In this document: positions 29,743-42,952 of the stretch, one piece after another
How the letters are laid out: each line of letters opens with the position of its first letter
How positions within the stretch are numbered: position 1 is the stretch's first letter
Assembly: GCF_006345805.1 (NCBI RefSeq)
Contig: NC_043000.1
Span: 112,840,001 to 112,904,000 of the forward strand
DNA length: 64,000 nucleotides
Direction of reading: 5' to 3'
Origin: Octopus sinensis
Lineage: Eukaryota
The notes under the pieces: generated by a model
Seen by the model: only the letters and a program-made list of their open reading frames with translations
The model's database searches: none
Told to the model about the DNA's origin: nothing
Program-made: the position numbers and the translations under genes

Positions 29743-30170
29743 GAAGCAGATAACAGATAGCAGAAATTATACCGAAAGTTACAACAACAATCACAACAAC
29801 AGCACCAATGCCAAAAACAAAACACAGTATCAATATTTACAACGCCAAATTACATGCAACAACTATAGCGAATGCGGTGATAACAACAACAACAACAACA
29901 ACAACAGCAACAACAACGAAAGTAATAAGAACAATGGCTAGATCAGAAATAAATGCAAACAACAACAACAACAGCAACAGGAATAATAACAGCAACAAGG
30001 ATAATTAAAGTAAGTGGAGGTGGAATATCAACAACAACCACAGCGCGATCAACATTGTTGAACGAGAACCACAAAAATAACGTCGACAACCAAAAGCACA
30101 AAACTAACAGAAGCGAGAACAGCGCCACCTACATCGACTTCGCCACCGCAGAGTAACAGCAATGGTGATT
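29430..30170. repeat. AAC-rich cryptic simple sequence
   Basis: AAC/CTA/CTG runs with degenerate spacers. Confidence 0.8.
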
Positions 30171-30330
30171 GATCGATTAGAAGAGAATTGTGGCTGGGTG
30201 TTAAAGAAGATCGATTCCGTGTATCATGGTTCTAGGTTCGAATACATCTTATAACGACTTCTGATATGAACTTCATAAATGGAAATCGTGCGAGAGATTG
30301 TTGGAACGTTCTATATATATATATCTCTGT

Positions 30331-30560
30331 AGGTGGCGAGCTGGCAGAAACGTTAGCACGCCGGGCGAAATGCGTAGCCGTATTTCGTCTGCCGTTACGT
30401 TCTGGGTTCAAATTCCGCCGTGGTCGACTTTGCCTTTCATCCTTTCGGGGTCGATAAATTAAGTACCAGTTACGCACTGGGGTCGATATAATCGACTTAA
30501 TCCGTTTGTCTATCCTCGTTTGTCCCCTCTGCGTTTAGCCCCTTGTGGGTAGTAAAGAAA
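30331..30560 (+). mobile_element. SINE family B, full length
   Basis: Complete head, core and tail to GTAAAGAAAT. Confidence 0.92.
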
Positions 30561-30764
30561 TATATATATATATATATCTTTCCTTCTCTCTCTCTATCTA
30601 TCCATCTATCTACCTGTCAGTCTATCTGTCTGTCATTCAATCTCTCTCTCCCCCCCTCTCTCTCTCTCCCTGTATATATATATACGTATATATATATGTA
30701 TATATATATATATGTATATATAATTCCATTCTCTCTCGGTTAATTTCTTCTCATTCCTTTCTTA

Positions 30765-30990
30765 TTTTTTATTGCCCACAAGTGGCTAAACATAGAGAGG
30801 ACAAACAAGGGCAGACAAAGGATTAAGTCGATTACATCGACCCCAGTGCGTAACTGGTACTTAATTTATCGACCCCGAAAGGATGAAAGGCAAAGTCGAC
30901 CTCGATGGAATTTGAACTCAGAACGTAACGGCAGACGAAATACAGTGAAACATTTCGCCCGGCGTGCTAACGATTCTCCCAGCTCGCTGC
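30765..30990 (-). mobile_element. SINE family B, full length, inverted relative to 30331-30560
   Basis: Reverse-complement match across ~225 bp. Confidence 0.92.
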
Positions 30991-31004
30991 TGTACTGGTT
31001 ATTT

Positions 31005-31135
31005 CTTATTCCTTTCCGTTGAAGAGCGTAGGCTCGAAACGTACAAGGCTTTTCATTTTTCCCGAGCGTCAAACCAATTACACTTGCTTGTTGTTCAGAC
31101 ACCTAACTTTTTCTTTTGTTTTTCTATAAATTTCA
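31005..31135 (+). repeat. Short PLE-type terminal repeat with HHR-like motif (paralog at 60295-60425)
   Basis: CCTTT-CCGTTGA-A-GAGC-GTAG-GCTC-GAAACGT-A-CAAGG; downstream flank homologous to the 60295 copy. Confidence 0.6.
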
Positions 31136-31194
31136 AATACACACACACACTCACACCCATACACCCCCCCACACATGTCTGTATGTACGTATAT

Positions 31195-31620
31195 ACTGTT
31201 TACACGTTTACATTTGACTGTGGCCATGCTGGAGCACCACCTCTAGTCGAGCAAATCGACCCCAAAGCAAATCTTTCTAAGCCTAGTACTTATTCTATTG
31301 GTATTTTTTGCAGAACCGCTAAGTTATGAGAACGTAAACACTCCAGCATCGGTTGTCAAGCGATGTTGGGGGGGGGGGGACAAACAGACACACAAACATA
31401 TACACACAAATACATACACACACACACACACATATATATATATACATACATATATACGACGGGCTACTTTCAGTTTCCGTCTACCAAATCCACTCACAAG
31501 GCTTTGGTCGGCCCGAGGCTATAGAAGAAGACACTTGCCCAAGGTGCCACGGAGTGGGACTGAGCCTGGAACCATGTGGTTCGTAAGCAAGCTACTTACC
31601 ACACAGCCACTTCTGCGCCT
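31195..31620 (-). mobile_element. SINE family A, full length
   Basis: Head AGGCGCAGAAGTGGCTGTGTGGTAAG, internal microsatellite, tail GGTGCTCCAGCATGGCCACAGTCAAATG. Confidence 0.92.
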
Positions 31621-31684
31621 ATAATTACCACACAACCACACCTACGCCTATGTTTGTATGTATATATATATATATATATATGTA

Positions 31685-31840
31685 TATGTATGTATATGTG
31701 TACCAGAGTAAACGCATAAATGTGAGAAAAAGTGGAAAAAATAGTACTCGAATACAGGAGGTAGAGTAATATGCTTTATTATTAAAGCTTCAAAAACATC
31801 ATATTTTTGTGATGTTTTTGCAGCTTTTATAATAAAGTAT
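31685..31840 (+). repeat. Interspersed repeat ending in a 28-bp-arm hairpin (paralog 63820-63985, minus)
   Basis: ACCAGAGTAAAC.CATAAATGTGA...AGAGTAATATGCTTTATT shared with the 63880-63985 revcomp; arms CTTTATTATTAAAGCTTCAAAAACATCA / TGATGTTTTTGCAGCTTTTATAATAAAG. Confidence 0.7.
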
Positions 31841-32149
31841 TATGTATGTGTGCATATATATATGTAAATGTATACATACATACACATGGTCTGTGCTCCT
31901 CGCAGGCTTTCCACGCATTTTTAACCACACTTTACATTCGAAGATGGAAGTAGTAACGACTTGCCAAGCATAGTGCTGGATCCATCAACAATGGAACTGC
32001 TATCTGCGATCATCTCTTGCTAGATATCTCTTTAATTCTTTGCTCATGGAACTGCTAACCAGAATTATATTTCACTAAGGATGCTCCTTTGTTATTTAGA
32101 TTTTCTATTGGGGGAGTGGGTTTAATATTATTCTATTAAGTCTAATATA

Positions 32150-32450
32150 AAGTCTAGTATAAACAACCATCCTTCTAGCTTTAGACTTAAACATAAGGCG
32201 GGTTGCACAACGCTGTCTAGTAAAATTTGGGAGTTGAAAGGAAATAATATCGGATTTAGCTTTAAATGGAACACAATAAGAAAAGCACAGCCTTATAAAA
32301 ATAGTAGAGGTGGATGTGAACTTTGTTCTATGGAGATATATGAAATTTTGAAACATAGGGATAATGTTTAACTTATTAAATAACCGTTTTGATCTAGGAG
32401 AATCTTGCATACACTGTGCCACCCATACCTTTAAATATTTTAAAGAATAG
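32150..32450 (+). pseudogene. Penelope-like element GIY-YIG endonuclease C-terminal remnant
   Basis: 32162-32368 translates NNHPSSFRLKHKAGCTTLSSKIWELKGNNIGFSFKWNTIRKAQPYKNSRGGCELCSMEIYEILK, then after a frameshift NLLNNRFDLGESCIH; matches the PLE pattern NH..SF...TTLS..IWELK...KW...A.PY...C.LC..E...LLN.R.EL...C.H. Confidence 0.75.
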
Positions 32451-32499
32451 CATTCTGGCTATTCCTAAATTTAAAATTTAAATGTTTTGAAATCAAATA

Positions 32500-34230
32500 A
32501 GGAGATAATACACCCTACTAGTTTTTGTTTAATCTACATTAATTATTAAAAAATTTAGTAATATAAATAAATTGAATGAAGTAGAATATAATCTTTTTAA
32601 ATTTCTGTAACTATTACATAAATTCCATATATCTCATAAAATTATTAAGTTGTATACTTAATCTACAAAACTTTTAAGGAATTGGTAATTTCCATATCTA
32701 TTTCTGCAAGAATTCTACTACACCAAATCCACCACCCACCACTTTAAAAAAAAAATTACCTTTAATTATTATGCCCCCTATAAACCATACTTCATTCTTG
32801 AATACTAAATTGAAATATTCCTAATTCTAAGAACTTTTATCTTGGTTACCTCCCTTCCATTATAGTTTAAAATATTTTAAAGGTTTTTGATATGTGTGCT
32901 CTTCTAAATCCCCTCAATTAATATTCAAACCCTGATAATTGAATAGATAATATTATTTAGTCTCTATTTCTATAATAGTCTTATTATTAATAAATTTTTT
33001 AACCATTAGTTTGATCATTTCTTCACCCGATATTAAACACTAATCTTACACGACAACTCTAGTAATTATAAAATTATAATGTAATTATTAAGTATTTTCT
33101 TATAACATCTTACTTCACCTACTATAAATAAGCTAGTTATATCCTATAATAAGTTTTTAGAATACAAATCTAATCCACCCCTTATCTACTATATTCTAAA
33201 ATATTGTATTTTTCAATTAATGATCTAAATTTCCTTCACTAAAATTTTAAACCATTTTATCTTACTCATTTACCCAAAATATCATCTTGCTGATAATACA
33301 TTTCTATTAGATTCAAACGTAACCTATACAGAACCATACTGTTATAATTCTCTCTCTATTTTATAGCACAAGTAAATACATTCTAAAGTAATTTACATGC
33401 AGAAAATAAATGAAATGTCTAGCATATTCCTTTAATTTAACTCATTAATACCAACAAATTATTATTTACTAATTAACTATGAATTTATATTAATTTGATT
33501 TATATTTATATAAATATGAAATTATTTCTATATTCCCCATCCCTATATTGTACAAGATTCTAAAATCATTAGAATCCTTTGAAAAAAAACTATCTAAAAT
33601 ATACCAATTTCTTCCAAATTACAAGTAGGATTATGGCTGTTAAATAGTTAAGTATTAGAATTTTCTATTCTCCCTACCCCATCAGCGTTGGCTTACTAAT
33701 TTTAGCTGAAATACATTCAACTGTACCAAAAGAAGTTCTTCAAAGAGAACTTGATTTATGGCTCTGCCACTTAAACTGTCTCTTCCTCTATCTATAAAAG
33801 ATAGATTCTTGGTGTTGTCTCTACTAGACATAATAAAATATTATTAAGCCCCCTCCCCCAATAGTAAATCTAAATAACAGAGTCAATATCATTTACTACC
33901 ATGTTTCTGTTGATGAGACTGGTCTCTCTGTCTATACTTACCCTCTTTGTGATGTTGGTAAATGGAATGAGTATAAAAATGAATCTTTTCTATTTAACTA
34001 AAAAATACCATATGCAGCTGAAGATTGCTCTACATTTTAAAACTGATGTAATACTTGGATTGTTTAATTAAATGAAGTCGCATGAAACGATCGTACTGCA
34101 TTACCTTCGGATATCCTTGTTGCTTATTTTGATTATAATCACCCCATTTTGAATTATATGGATAATACAATACCAAATTCTGGTGCCTTTAACTTAAGTA
34201 CCATATTCAAATGAAACTAAATTCTTACTG
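32500..34230 (-). pseudogene. Heavily decayed PLE-type reverse transcriptase region
   Basis: Isolated motif remnants on the minus strand in the expected order: KP(A)D.G..I.ILNT (~33690-33650), DITSLF (~33150), FNIG..DQTNG (~33030); many stops. Confidence 0.4.
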
Positions 34231-34286
34231 AACTCATATATATATATATATAATTATCAATTTATATATATCCACATGTATATTAT

Positions 34287-34357
<71 letters not shown>

Positions 34358-34403
34358 CATATATACATATATGCATATATACATGCATATATATATATAT
34401 ATG

Positions 34404-34434
<31 letters not shown>

Positions 34435-34554
34435 AGAACAATCTTACTTAGAAATGGATGCGTGCGTTCAGTCATATATAAATAAATAAATAAAACATAT
34501 GCATATATACATACATATAAGTACGTACCTACCTCTACATGTATATATACATGC

Positions 34555-34750
34555 ATATATGGGTACAGGACACCAAAAAAACGTCGAACACAATGAGAAA
34601 CGAAAACATAAATACAAAACCGAGGAAATGGACATTTTTTTAAACAACGAAAAAATAGAGTACATGACATACAAATAAGGAAAATTCCCCTTCTTCAGTC
34701 GCCTTAATTTCATCTACTCCACGTATCGAAGTTCAGGCGATACATGACTT
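34555..34750 (-). repeat. Interspersed repeat, PLE-terminus-like (paralog 60515-60715)
   Basis: ATATGGGTACAGGACA...GAAACGA.AACATAAA...CCCTTC.TCAGT.G.C...TCTACTCC.CGT.TCGA shared at both loci. Confidence 0.65.
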
Positions 34751-35619
34751 CAATGAAATTTTCCTTCCCGCGGAAATCAAATTAAATAAAATTTGAGATT
34801 TTTTTGCGGAGGGGTAAAAATGGTAACAAAAACAGGACAGTAACGGCAGTACAAAATATAAACAGAACAACGGGGAATAACAGTAATACAAAAAAGGGGG
34901 CTGTTAAGCCAAACGAGATAAAAATTTTTTACGAATGCTATTCTTTGGGATCGGCAGAGCAACAGATTTTACCGTCCCTACTTGGAGGAAGCTGGAGAAG
35001 AAAAGACAGAAATAGGCATCTCATCACGTGACCGCGACGGGACGGTGGAGGAGGAGTAAGAGAAAGGCAGAGAAAAAACGGGGATGGTGGTAGAGAAAAG
35101 AATGAAGAATGAGAGAGGGAGGGAGAGAGAGTAAGGCAGAAGAAAAGGAAAGCCAAAAGAATGAAAGCTGAGAAAGGGAGGGGGAGAGAAAGGTTAAGAG
35201 TGCGCATCATTATTAAAATTAAGAACAATCTTACTTAGAAATGGATATATATATACATATACATATATGTATGTATATACATATATGTATGTATATGTAT
35301 ATACACATTTCATTCGGGTATATAATCCCTGTGTCTATAACAATAAACACGGATATTGGTTATCAGACAAAATTTGTTCTACCAGACAAGTATTTAAGAT
35401 CCACCAATATCCATACAGTATTTATAATAAGCAATATTAGAAAATCGGAAGAGAAAATCATTTTATGACTTCAATTATCAAACGTTTCACCGTAATTCCT
35501 TCTAATCAATCTTACATAACTATAAAATAATTTCTGCGACTACAGATTAATTTATCGCATATAAAGAATTTTTAAAAAGCACTTGTTGAAGAAGACTCGT
35601 CAGTTTTGCATATAGTCTG

Positions 35620-35789
35620 TACTATTCACAGTGAAAAGAAGACGAAGAAGAAGAAGAAAGAGGAAGAGGAGGAGAAGAAGAAGAAGAAGAAGATGGAGGA
35701 GGAGGAGGAGAAGAAGAAGGAGAGTAGAAGAAGAAGAAGAAGAAAAGAAGAAGAAGAAGAAGAAGAAGAAAAAGAAGCCGTTACAGATA

Positions 35790-35821
<32 letters not shown>

Positions 35822-35831
35822 CACGAGGATA

Positions 35832-35897
<66 letters not shown>

Positions 35898-35930
35898 TTA
35901 GCGATGATGATGATGATGGTGATGATGATT
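35620..35930. repeat. (GAA)n + (GAT)n microsatellites
   Basis: Direct reading. Confidence 0.95.
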
Positions 35931-36421
35931 AACAACATTAGCTTGTGATCGGAGTGACAGGAATATCCGTGCGGTATTTATTCAGAATCCTTGCATTCCG
36001 AGTTCGAATCCGGGCAAGGCCTACTTTGCATTCTACCCTGCCGGGGGCGATAGATGGTGTACGAGTAGAAGGTTGTTAAATGCTGGAAATATCAGACGTC
36101 GGACGATGTACATTGCTATAATTTTCCGGCTGTTGCGTTCTGAGTTTCAGTCACGCAATCGACCACTTGGCTGGTAGGCATTAAACGTCATCAGGGTTAT
36201 CAGAACCACATGGAAACTTGGATGACTTTTGCGTCGTCAAATGAAAATATGTGTTTAAGGGGCCTGCTCTTTTTTGTTTCCTATCTAACACGGAGGTCCC
36301 GTATATGTTAGCGGGCTCTGGCATTATTACCTGACGAATAAATAGTAAAAGCTTTCTCATATATATATATACATTCACAGCCGAATAAGAGTGACGAATA
36401 CAAGTCTGGAAGTACGATTAA

Positions 36422-36805
36422 TCTCTCTCTATATAAACGGCAGTTTGTCTGTGCGTGTTTCTGTGTGTCTGTTTGCTTGTACCCTCACTCTGACCACGGC
36501 TTTCAACCGATTCTGATGAAACTTGACACACACATAGCCCAATGTCATAATTCAAAACTAACGCAGCGAAAATTTTGAAAAGTTCCCCTAGTTCAGAAAA
36601 AGATCGATAAATTCGACATGGGGTCGACAATCAGAAACACAAACCGCAGATGGTGTAGGGGACGCAACTCGGCCTTTTTAACTATCAAAAAAAAATTACC
36701 ATCATTTTTTTCCCTTTTTTTTGCTATTTTTTGGCTATAACTCTCTAAAAGTGCTTTATAGTTATTTCCCTTACAAACCCGAGCAACGCCGGGCGATACT
36801 GCTAG
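36422..36805 (+). mobile_element. Non-autonomous Helitron
   Basis: A|TCTCTCTCTATATAAAC start; 3' hairpin CCCG-AGCAACGC-CGGG followed by CGATACTGCTAG|T; contains CAACCGATTCTGATGAAACTTG motif typical of such elements. Confidence 0.88.
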
Positions 36806-36957
36806 TATTGTATATAATAAATATTTTAACCAATCATTTTTATCTTTAAAAATGTAAGCAAACCCGAAAACAATATTTTTCTGTGACACACAGACTTGCA
36901 ACATCAACAACACAAACAACGAATAGTTCATTTACTGAGCAAATAAAATCACACATA

Positions 36958-36988
<31 letters not shown>

Positions 36989-37646
36989 TAAATCATTAGA
37001 AGCACATGCTTCTAGTGAGTTAGGATCTCAGAACAACAGGGCTCTTACCGATGAATTCTCCCTGGGCAAATAAATTATCTTTATTGCTGAAAAGAAAGAA
37101 ACTGCAGTCTAAGAGTAACCGAGTTAGTAAATGTTTTTATCTTCATTTCACTAAATTTATCTAGCTTCTGTGTTCCTAGCACATATTTCGCCTTAATGTG
37201 ACTGATATAAAAATATATGGCTTGTGCTAGAAATACCAGCGATAATAATTATTTTTATTTTATCGCAATTTGACTTGTTTATATATATATATATACATAT
37301 ATTATATTATATTATATTAATTCTATTATATTATATTATATTATATTATATTGTATTGTATTGTATTTATTATATATATTATATTATATTATATTATATT
37401 ATGTGTTGTGTTTGTGTACAGATAGATTTATTGATAGATAGATAGATAGATATTTGTTTTGTGTTTGCTATTGTCGATAAACACTTGTCATTTAATTTCA
37501 AAGAGAAATAGTTCGATTCCTCTCTTATAAAACACGGAATATTTGTTCTGAGCTTTGAATTGGTGTTCCCACTGTTTGTGTGCTTGACATTGTTTCTACT
37601 GATTTCGTATTGTTTTATAAACAATGGGACACTAACAAATACACAA

Positions 37647-37685
<39 letters not shown>

Positions 37686-37791
37686 CACATAAGAGCCTAT
37701 ATATACGCATGTCTCTCTGTCTATGTATATACATATACATACGTGTGTCTATATATATATATATATATATACTGTCTATATATATACATAT

Positions 37792-37822
<31 letters not shown>

Positions 37823-37865
37823 TGTAGATATATAGATATATATAAATATAAATATATATATATAG

Positions 37866-37896
<31 letters not shown>

Positions 37897-39047
37897 TATA
37901 TATAAATATATATATAAATATATACTTTATACATATGTACACAGACACAGACACACGCACACACATACCTGTCTATAACCTCTCAAAAGGCGCACACAAG
38001 GGCACTGCACTCATATATACACATACATACATATATATATATATGTATACATTTTTTTCATAAAGATATATACATGCGCATACACACGTGTGTCTGTGTC
38101 TTTGTGCATGTGTGTGTGAATACAGATGTAAATAAATAGTCTGTGTCATAAGTTCGATATATATATGAACATTAAAACAAAATAACTTCCAACATATTTA
38201 CGCACACACACACAACGCGCGCGCACACACACACACACACACATACACACACACACACACACTTTTGTCTTTAGCATTTTCTTCAATGCTTTTATCTCAA
38301 CTGAATCTCCGAAACTTTCCTTTCACCAAACTATTTCATCTTTACCGTTTCTTTTTTTATTTCCGTATTTTTATTGTATTATTAAACCATATATTTTATT
38401 TATTTATCCATTTTCCTTTATTCTTTACAGATTTATTTTCAATTTTCCATCTTTCAAACCAGAACACCCTCCTTCTTTCTCCCCCTACTATCTCATTCGC
38501 CCCTCTCTCTCTCTCTCTGTATTCCTTCTCCTTCTTATCCTTATATTCTTTCTTTCGCCAGCATTCTTTTGGTATTCTATTTTCATTCGATTTGTCTATT
38601 CTTTTCATTACAATTTAATATTTTCTTTTATTCTTCTGGTCATGAAATAACAATTCACATTTTTTCTTGCTCCCATTCTTTCATTTTTTTCCTTCATTTA
38701 TCTTTTTCCTTCCCTTTCATTCCTTTCTTCCTCATTCTTCCATATTTTAGGTCCCGAAAAAGATTATATTTTCTCCACTAATTAACTTAAGACCCTTCCT
38801 AATTACATTCGTTGGAATTAGAAGCAACGGGGTTTTAGACAACACATGGTCATGAATATGATTATGTATTCATGTATATATATATAATTTTAAATTTATA
38901 TATATGTGTATATATATCCAACATATATATATTCCTATTCGCTTGCACCCATTCACAAACTCACTCACACACAAGTCTTTGTGTGCTTATAAATATATAC
39001 GTATTTGTATATATGTGTTTATATGTATGTATATATATATATATATA

Positions 39048-39102
<55 letters not shown>

Positions 39103-39136
39103 TGTATGTGTGTGTATGTATATGTGTGTGTGTATG

Positions 39137-39256
39137 TATTCTTTTACTTGTTTCACTCATTTGACTGCAGCCATGCTGGAGCACCGCCTTTAATCGACCA
39201 AATCAACCGCAGGACTTATTCATTGTAAGCCGAGTACTATTCAATCGGTGCGCGCG

Positions 39257-39287
<31 letters not shown>

Positions 39288-39300
39288 GCATGTGTGTGTG

Positions 39301-39349
<49 letters not shown>

Positions 39350-39525
39350 GTATGTATGTATATATATACGACGGGCTTCTTTCAGTTTGTCTGCCAAACC
39401 TACTCACAAGGCTTTGGTCCGCCTGAGGCTATAGTAGAAAACACTTGCCTAGGTGCAATGCAATGGGACTGAACCCGGAACCATGTGGCTGGTAAGCTAG
39501 CTACTTACCACGCAGTCACTCCTAC
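39137..39525 (-). mobile_element. SINE family A with internal deletion and microsatellite
   Basis: Tail AAGGCGGTGCTCCAGCATGGCTGCAGTCAAATGAGTGAAACAAGTAAAAGA; head GGAGTGACTGCGTGGTAAGTAG. Confidence 0.9.
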
Positions 39526-39704
39526 GATTATATGTATAAATATTTGGACTTTGGGTGTATGTTTAGCAGTATGTCGCTTAAAGAACTTTCATTCTTTTGG
39601 CTACCTGACGTCATCCATTAATGATTGTCCCTAGATCTACGTTAGGAGTTCCACAGTTTTTGTTGTGGTTGTAATGCAAGAGGGAAACAGAAAATGGAGT
39701 TAAT

Positions 39705-39969
39705 AAGAATCTTTCTTCAACACAACAATCGTTTCGACCCATCCTGCACCTGCCCCTTGTGAGTGGGATATTGTACGGCTAGATTTGACCACAACATGCT
39801 AAGCGAAACGCAGTGTATGCAGCGAAGTATCTTATGTAAAACGAAGCACCTGACAAGACGCAGCCTGCACTGATGGATGCAACACAAATAGTTGTGTAAT
39901 ATGCCCCCAGTAAGGGACAGATACGGGATGGGTCGAAACGATCGTTGTGTAGAATATATATAGATTCTT
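39705..39969. repeat. Foldback element with decayed HHR (plus strand 39846-39950)
   Basis: 29-bp inverted repeats 39716-39744 / 39926-39954 (2 mismatches); GCAC-CTGACAA-GAC...GTC-GAA-ACGATCGT-T-GTGT. Confidence 0.65.
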
Positions 39970-40969
39970 GCTTACTCCATTTTCCATTTCCCTCATTCGT
40001 TTTATGTATGTATATGTATGTACGTGTGTGTGTGTATATATATGTGTGTGTTTGTGTATAAGTGAGAGAGAAAGAGAGAGAGAGAGAAATAGAGAGAGAG
40101 TGAGAGAGAGAGAGAGAGAGAGAGAAGAGAGAGAGAGATTTCTGTGGGTTGCAGTTCGTTAGGCGGAATAGACCGCCAGCCTTATAAAGAGTATTTGTTT
40201 AGTAAATTAATGGAACGCATAGATATCCGCGGTTAATGATTTCTTGTCGCAGTAAAAGATTCAGCATTGTCCCACGCATCCAATTATAGAGAGAGAGACA
40301 GACGATGGAAACTGAGGCAGTGAGGAGGTGATGCTATTGATAAAAGGTAAAGTTCGTTTAAACGTTATCGTGAATCGAATACGTTGCATCAAATATATTT
40401 GATCAAATGACAGACAGATAAGAGAGCTTTCATTTGATCTCACCCGCTACTAGAAAGAGCAACAAAAGTTTTCTTCTCATGAACGCCATGCTGGATGTGG
40501 TCAGATGCACTTTTCACAACCATTCGGTTTTGTGCGTTAGAATGGTAAAATGTTAAAAGAACTGAATGGAAAGAACGGCAGATAAGTTTGGAAGTAGAGG
40601 GGAAAGGAATTACACTTGTTGCGTGTGAAGCTCCCCACCCCTCATTTCCTCCATTAAATTCTTTTACCATTTTAACACCTGGCCATCCTACTTCATTCTC
40701 CCCTAATAAAACCATATACTTCCTTCTTTCCTTCTTCCCCTCTCCCCCTCCCTTTTCTCCTCCTCCCCCTCTTCCTCTCCTCCTTCTCCTCCCATTCTTA
40801 CTTCTATCTTCATTTTCTTTTCTTTTTATCTCTTCTGTATTCTTTATTATTTTTAGTTTCTTTTCATTTCTTTTGTCTCCTTGATTGTCTTTTCTCTTAT
40901 TTTTTTCTTTTTGTTTCACTTTTTCTCTTTCATTCATTTTCTTTCTCTCATATGCTACAAGAATCCCGT

Positions 40970-41007
<38 letters not shown>

Positions 41008-41596
41008 TGTGTGCACGTATAACTTCCATCATATCTTCAGTTGTAACTTGCCTGAAGATCCCAAGCTAAACTACTTAACCACTAAGCTACGCACCTCCAC
41101 GCATTTCTCATATTCCCTTTATAATTATCAGAAACACGGCCCCTCTGATACCACAAAACTAGCTTTCTCTCCCCAATGCGCTTAGGCGTATGCCCTTCTC
41201 TGCATCCGGTTTTTCTGAGTAGGAAGAAACTGGCTGAACCACAATAAAAAATATGGATTTCCCGTAAGGGGTCGAGTACTCCGACAGTAAACACGTGCGA
41301 GTGTGTGTGAATGTGGGTGTATCTCTGTATGTGTACATATGTGGGGGGGGGTGTCTGCGTAGTTGTTTGTTTATGTAAGTAAGGATATCCCACAAAAGAC
41401 ATTTTGTCTCGTTTACTTTCGTAGGGTACTGTACAATACCAAATTCGAGAAGGCTCCTTACATACAGAAATAGAGTCAGAAAAACAGATACAGAGTAAGG
41501 GCAAAAGCGGACCATACATCGGGGACAGAAAGCTGGTTTTATGGTATCAGAGGAGCCGTGTATCTAATAATTATAAAACGAATAACAGAAATGAGT

Positions 41597-41840
41597 GGAG
41601 GCGCGTAGCTTAGTGGTTAAGGTGTCAAGCTCATGATCATTTGATTGTGGTTTCGATTCCAGAACTGGGTGATGATTTGTATTATTCAGCAAAACTCTTC
41701 TTTTGGCATTGCCTCAATCCAATCAGCTGATAAAAATGTGTAAACCTGCGATGGACCGGCGTTCCGTCCAGGTGGGGGAAGAAATACTCCATGGAAAGCG
41801 GGAAACCGGCCCCAGTGTCTGTATGACTCGGGAAGGAAGT
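41597..41840 (+). mobile_element. tRNA-headed SINE with V-domain-like segment (family E)
   Basis: A box TAGCTTAGTGG, B box GGTTTCGATTCC; CCTGCGATGGACCGGCGTTCCGTCCAGG (41745-41772) resembles the V-SINE core. Confidence 0.6.
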
Positions 41841-42891
41841 TTATTTTTTCTTTTTATTACAGAAACCATATCCGAACGTCTGCTGAAGGTCAAGCTGAAT
41901 CAAACACCTATTGGATATGTGTGTGTTGCGCGCGCGGGTGTGTGTGTGTGTGTGTATGTGCGTTTGTGTGTGTGTGTGTGCGTGCGTGTGTATGTGTGTG
42001 CGTGTGTGTGTGCGTGCGTGTGTGTGAGTATCCTCTAAGGTACGGTACATACATTCAGATGTCAGAAAGATTTACTCACTATCAGCACGCATGCGCATTT
42101 AGAAATTTCAGTTTGGCTCGTAATCTCGTATAATACTCCGAGTTCAAGACACGATGAGATCTGGCTTTCTCAATTCTATTGGAAATTGAAATATAGGCAA
42201 CAATAATAGTTACAACTCCGACAAATGAGAATACGTACATACATAAATACATCTACGCAAAATCGTACTTATAAATTATCAGCAAATATATTCAAAAGAG
42301 CAGCCATGTGCATTTACGTAACAAACTGGCACAGAGATATATAAGCCAATATGCATTTATGTATGTGTGTGTGTATGCGTGTGTGTGTGAGAGAGAAAGT
42401 GTATGTGTGCAATATATACGTATATATAATATATATATATATATATATTAATATATATATATATAAAATATATATGTATGTATGTATGTATGTGTTGTGT
42501 GTGGTTTACAAATACACATACAAATAACTTAGATGACATATATACATATTCACAAAATATCTCTATTTTTTCTATCTTATATTATCTATCTATCCATCTA
42601 TCTATCTATATCTATTTGTCTATATATTTATCTATCTATCTATCAATATAAATATATATATATATATATATATAATATATATATATATATATTATATATA
42701 CGCATTCACGCAGACAAAACATACATATATACACGCACATATATACAGAAACAAATCTGTGTATATGTATCGCGCGTGCATGTATGCATATTTACATATA
42801 CATCATGCGTATAAATACATAACTGCAAATATATAAGTGTATATATTTATATGTGCACATATACACACACATACATAGACACAGATATATG

Positions 42892-42952
<61 letters not shown>

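Noticed and set aside
35484-35603. Minus-strand CTGACGA ... GAAACGT
   Set aside because: Stems I and II pair poorly over a 110-nt spacer; chance or too decayed to call
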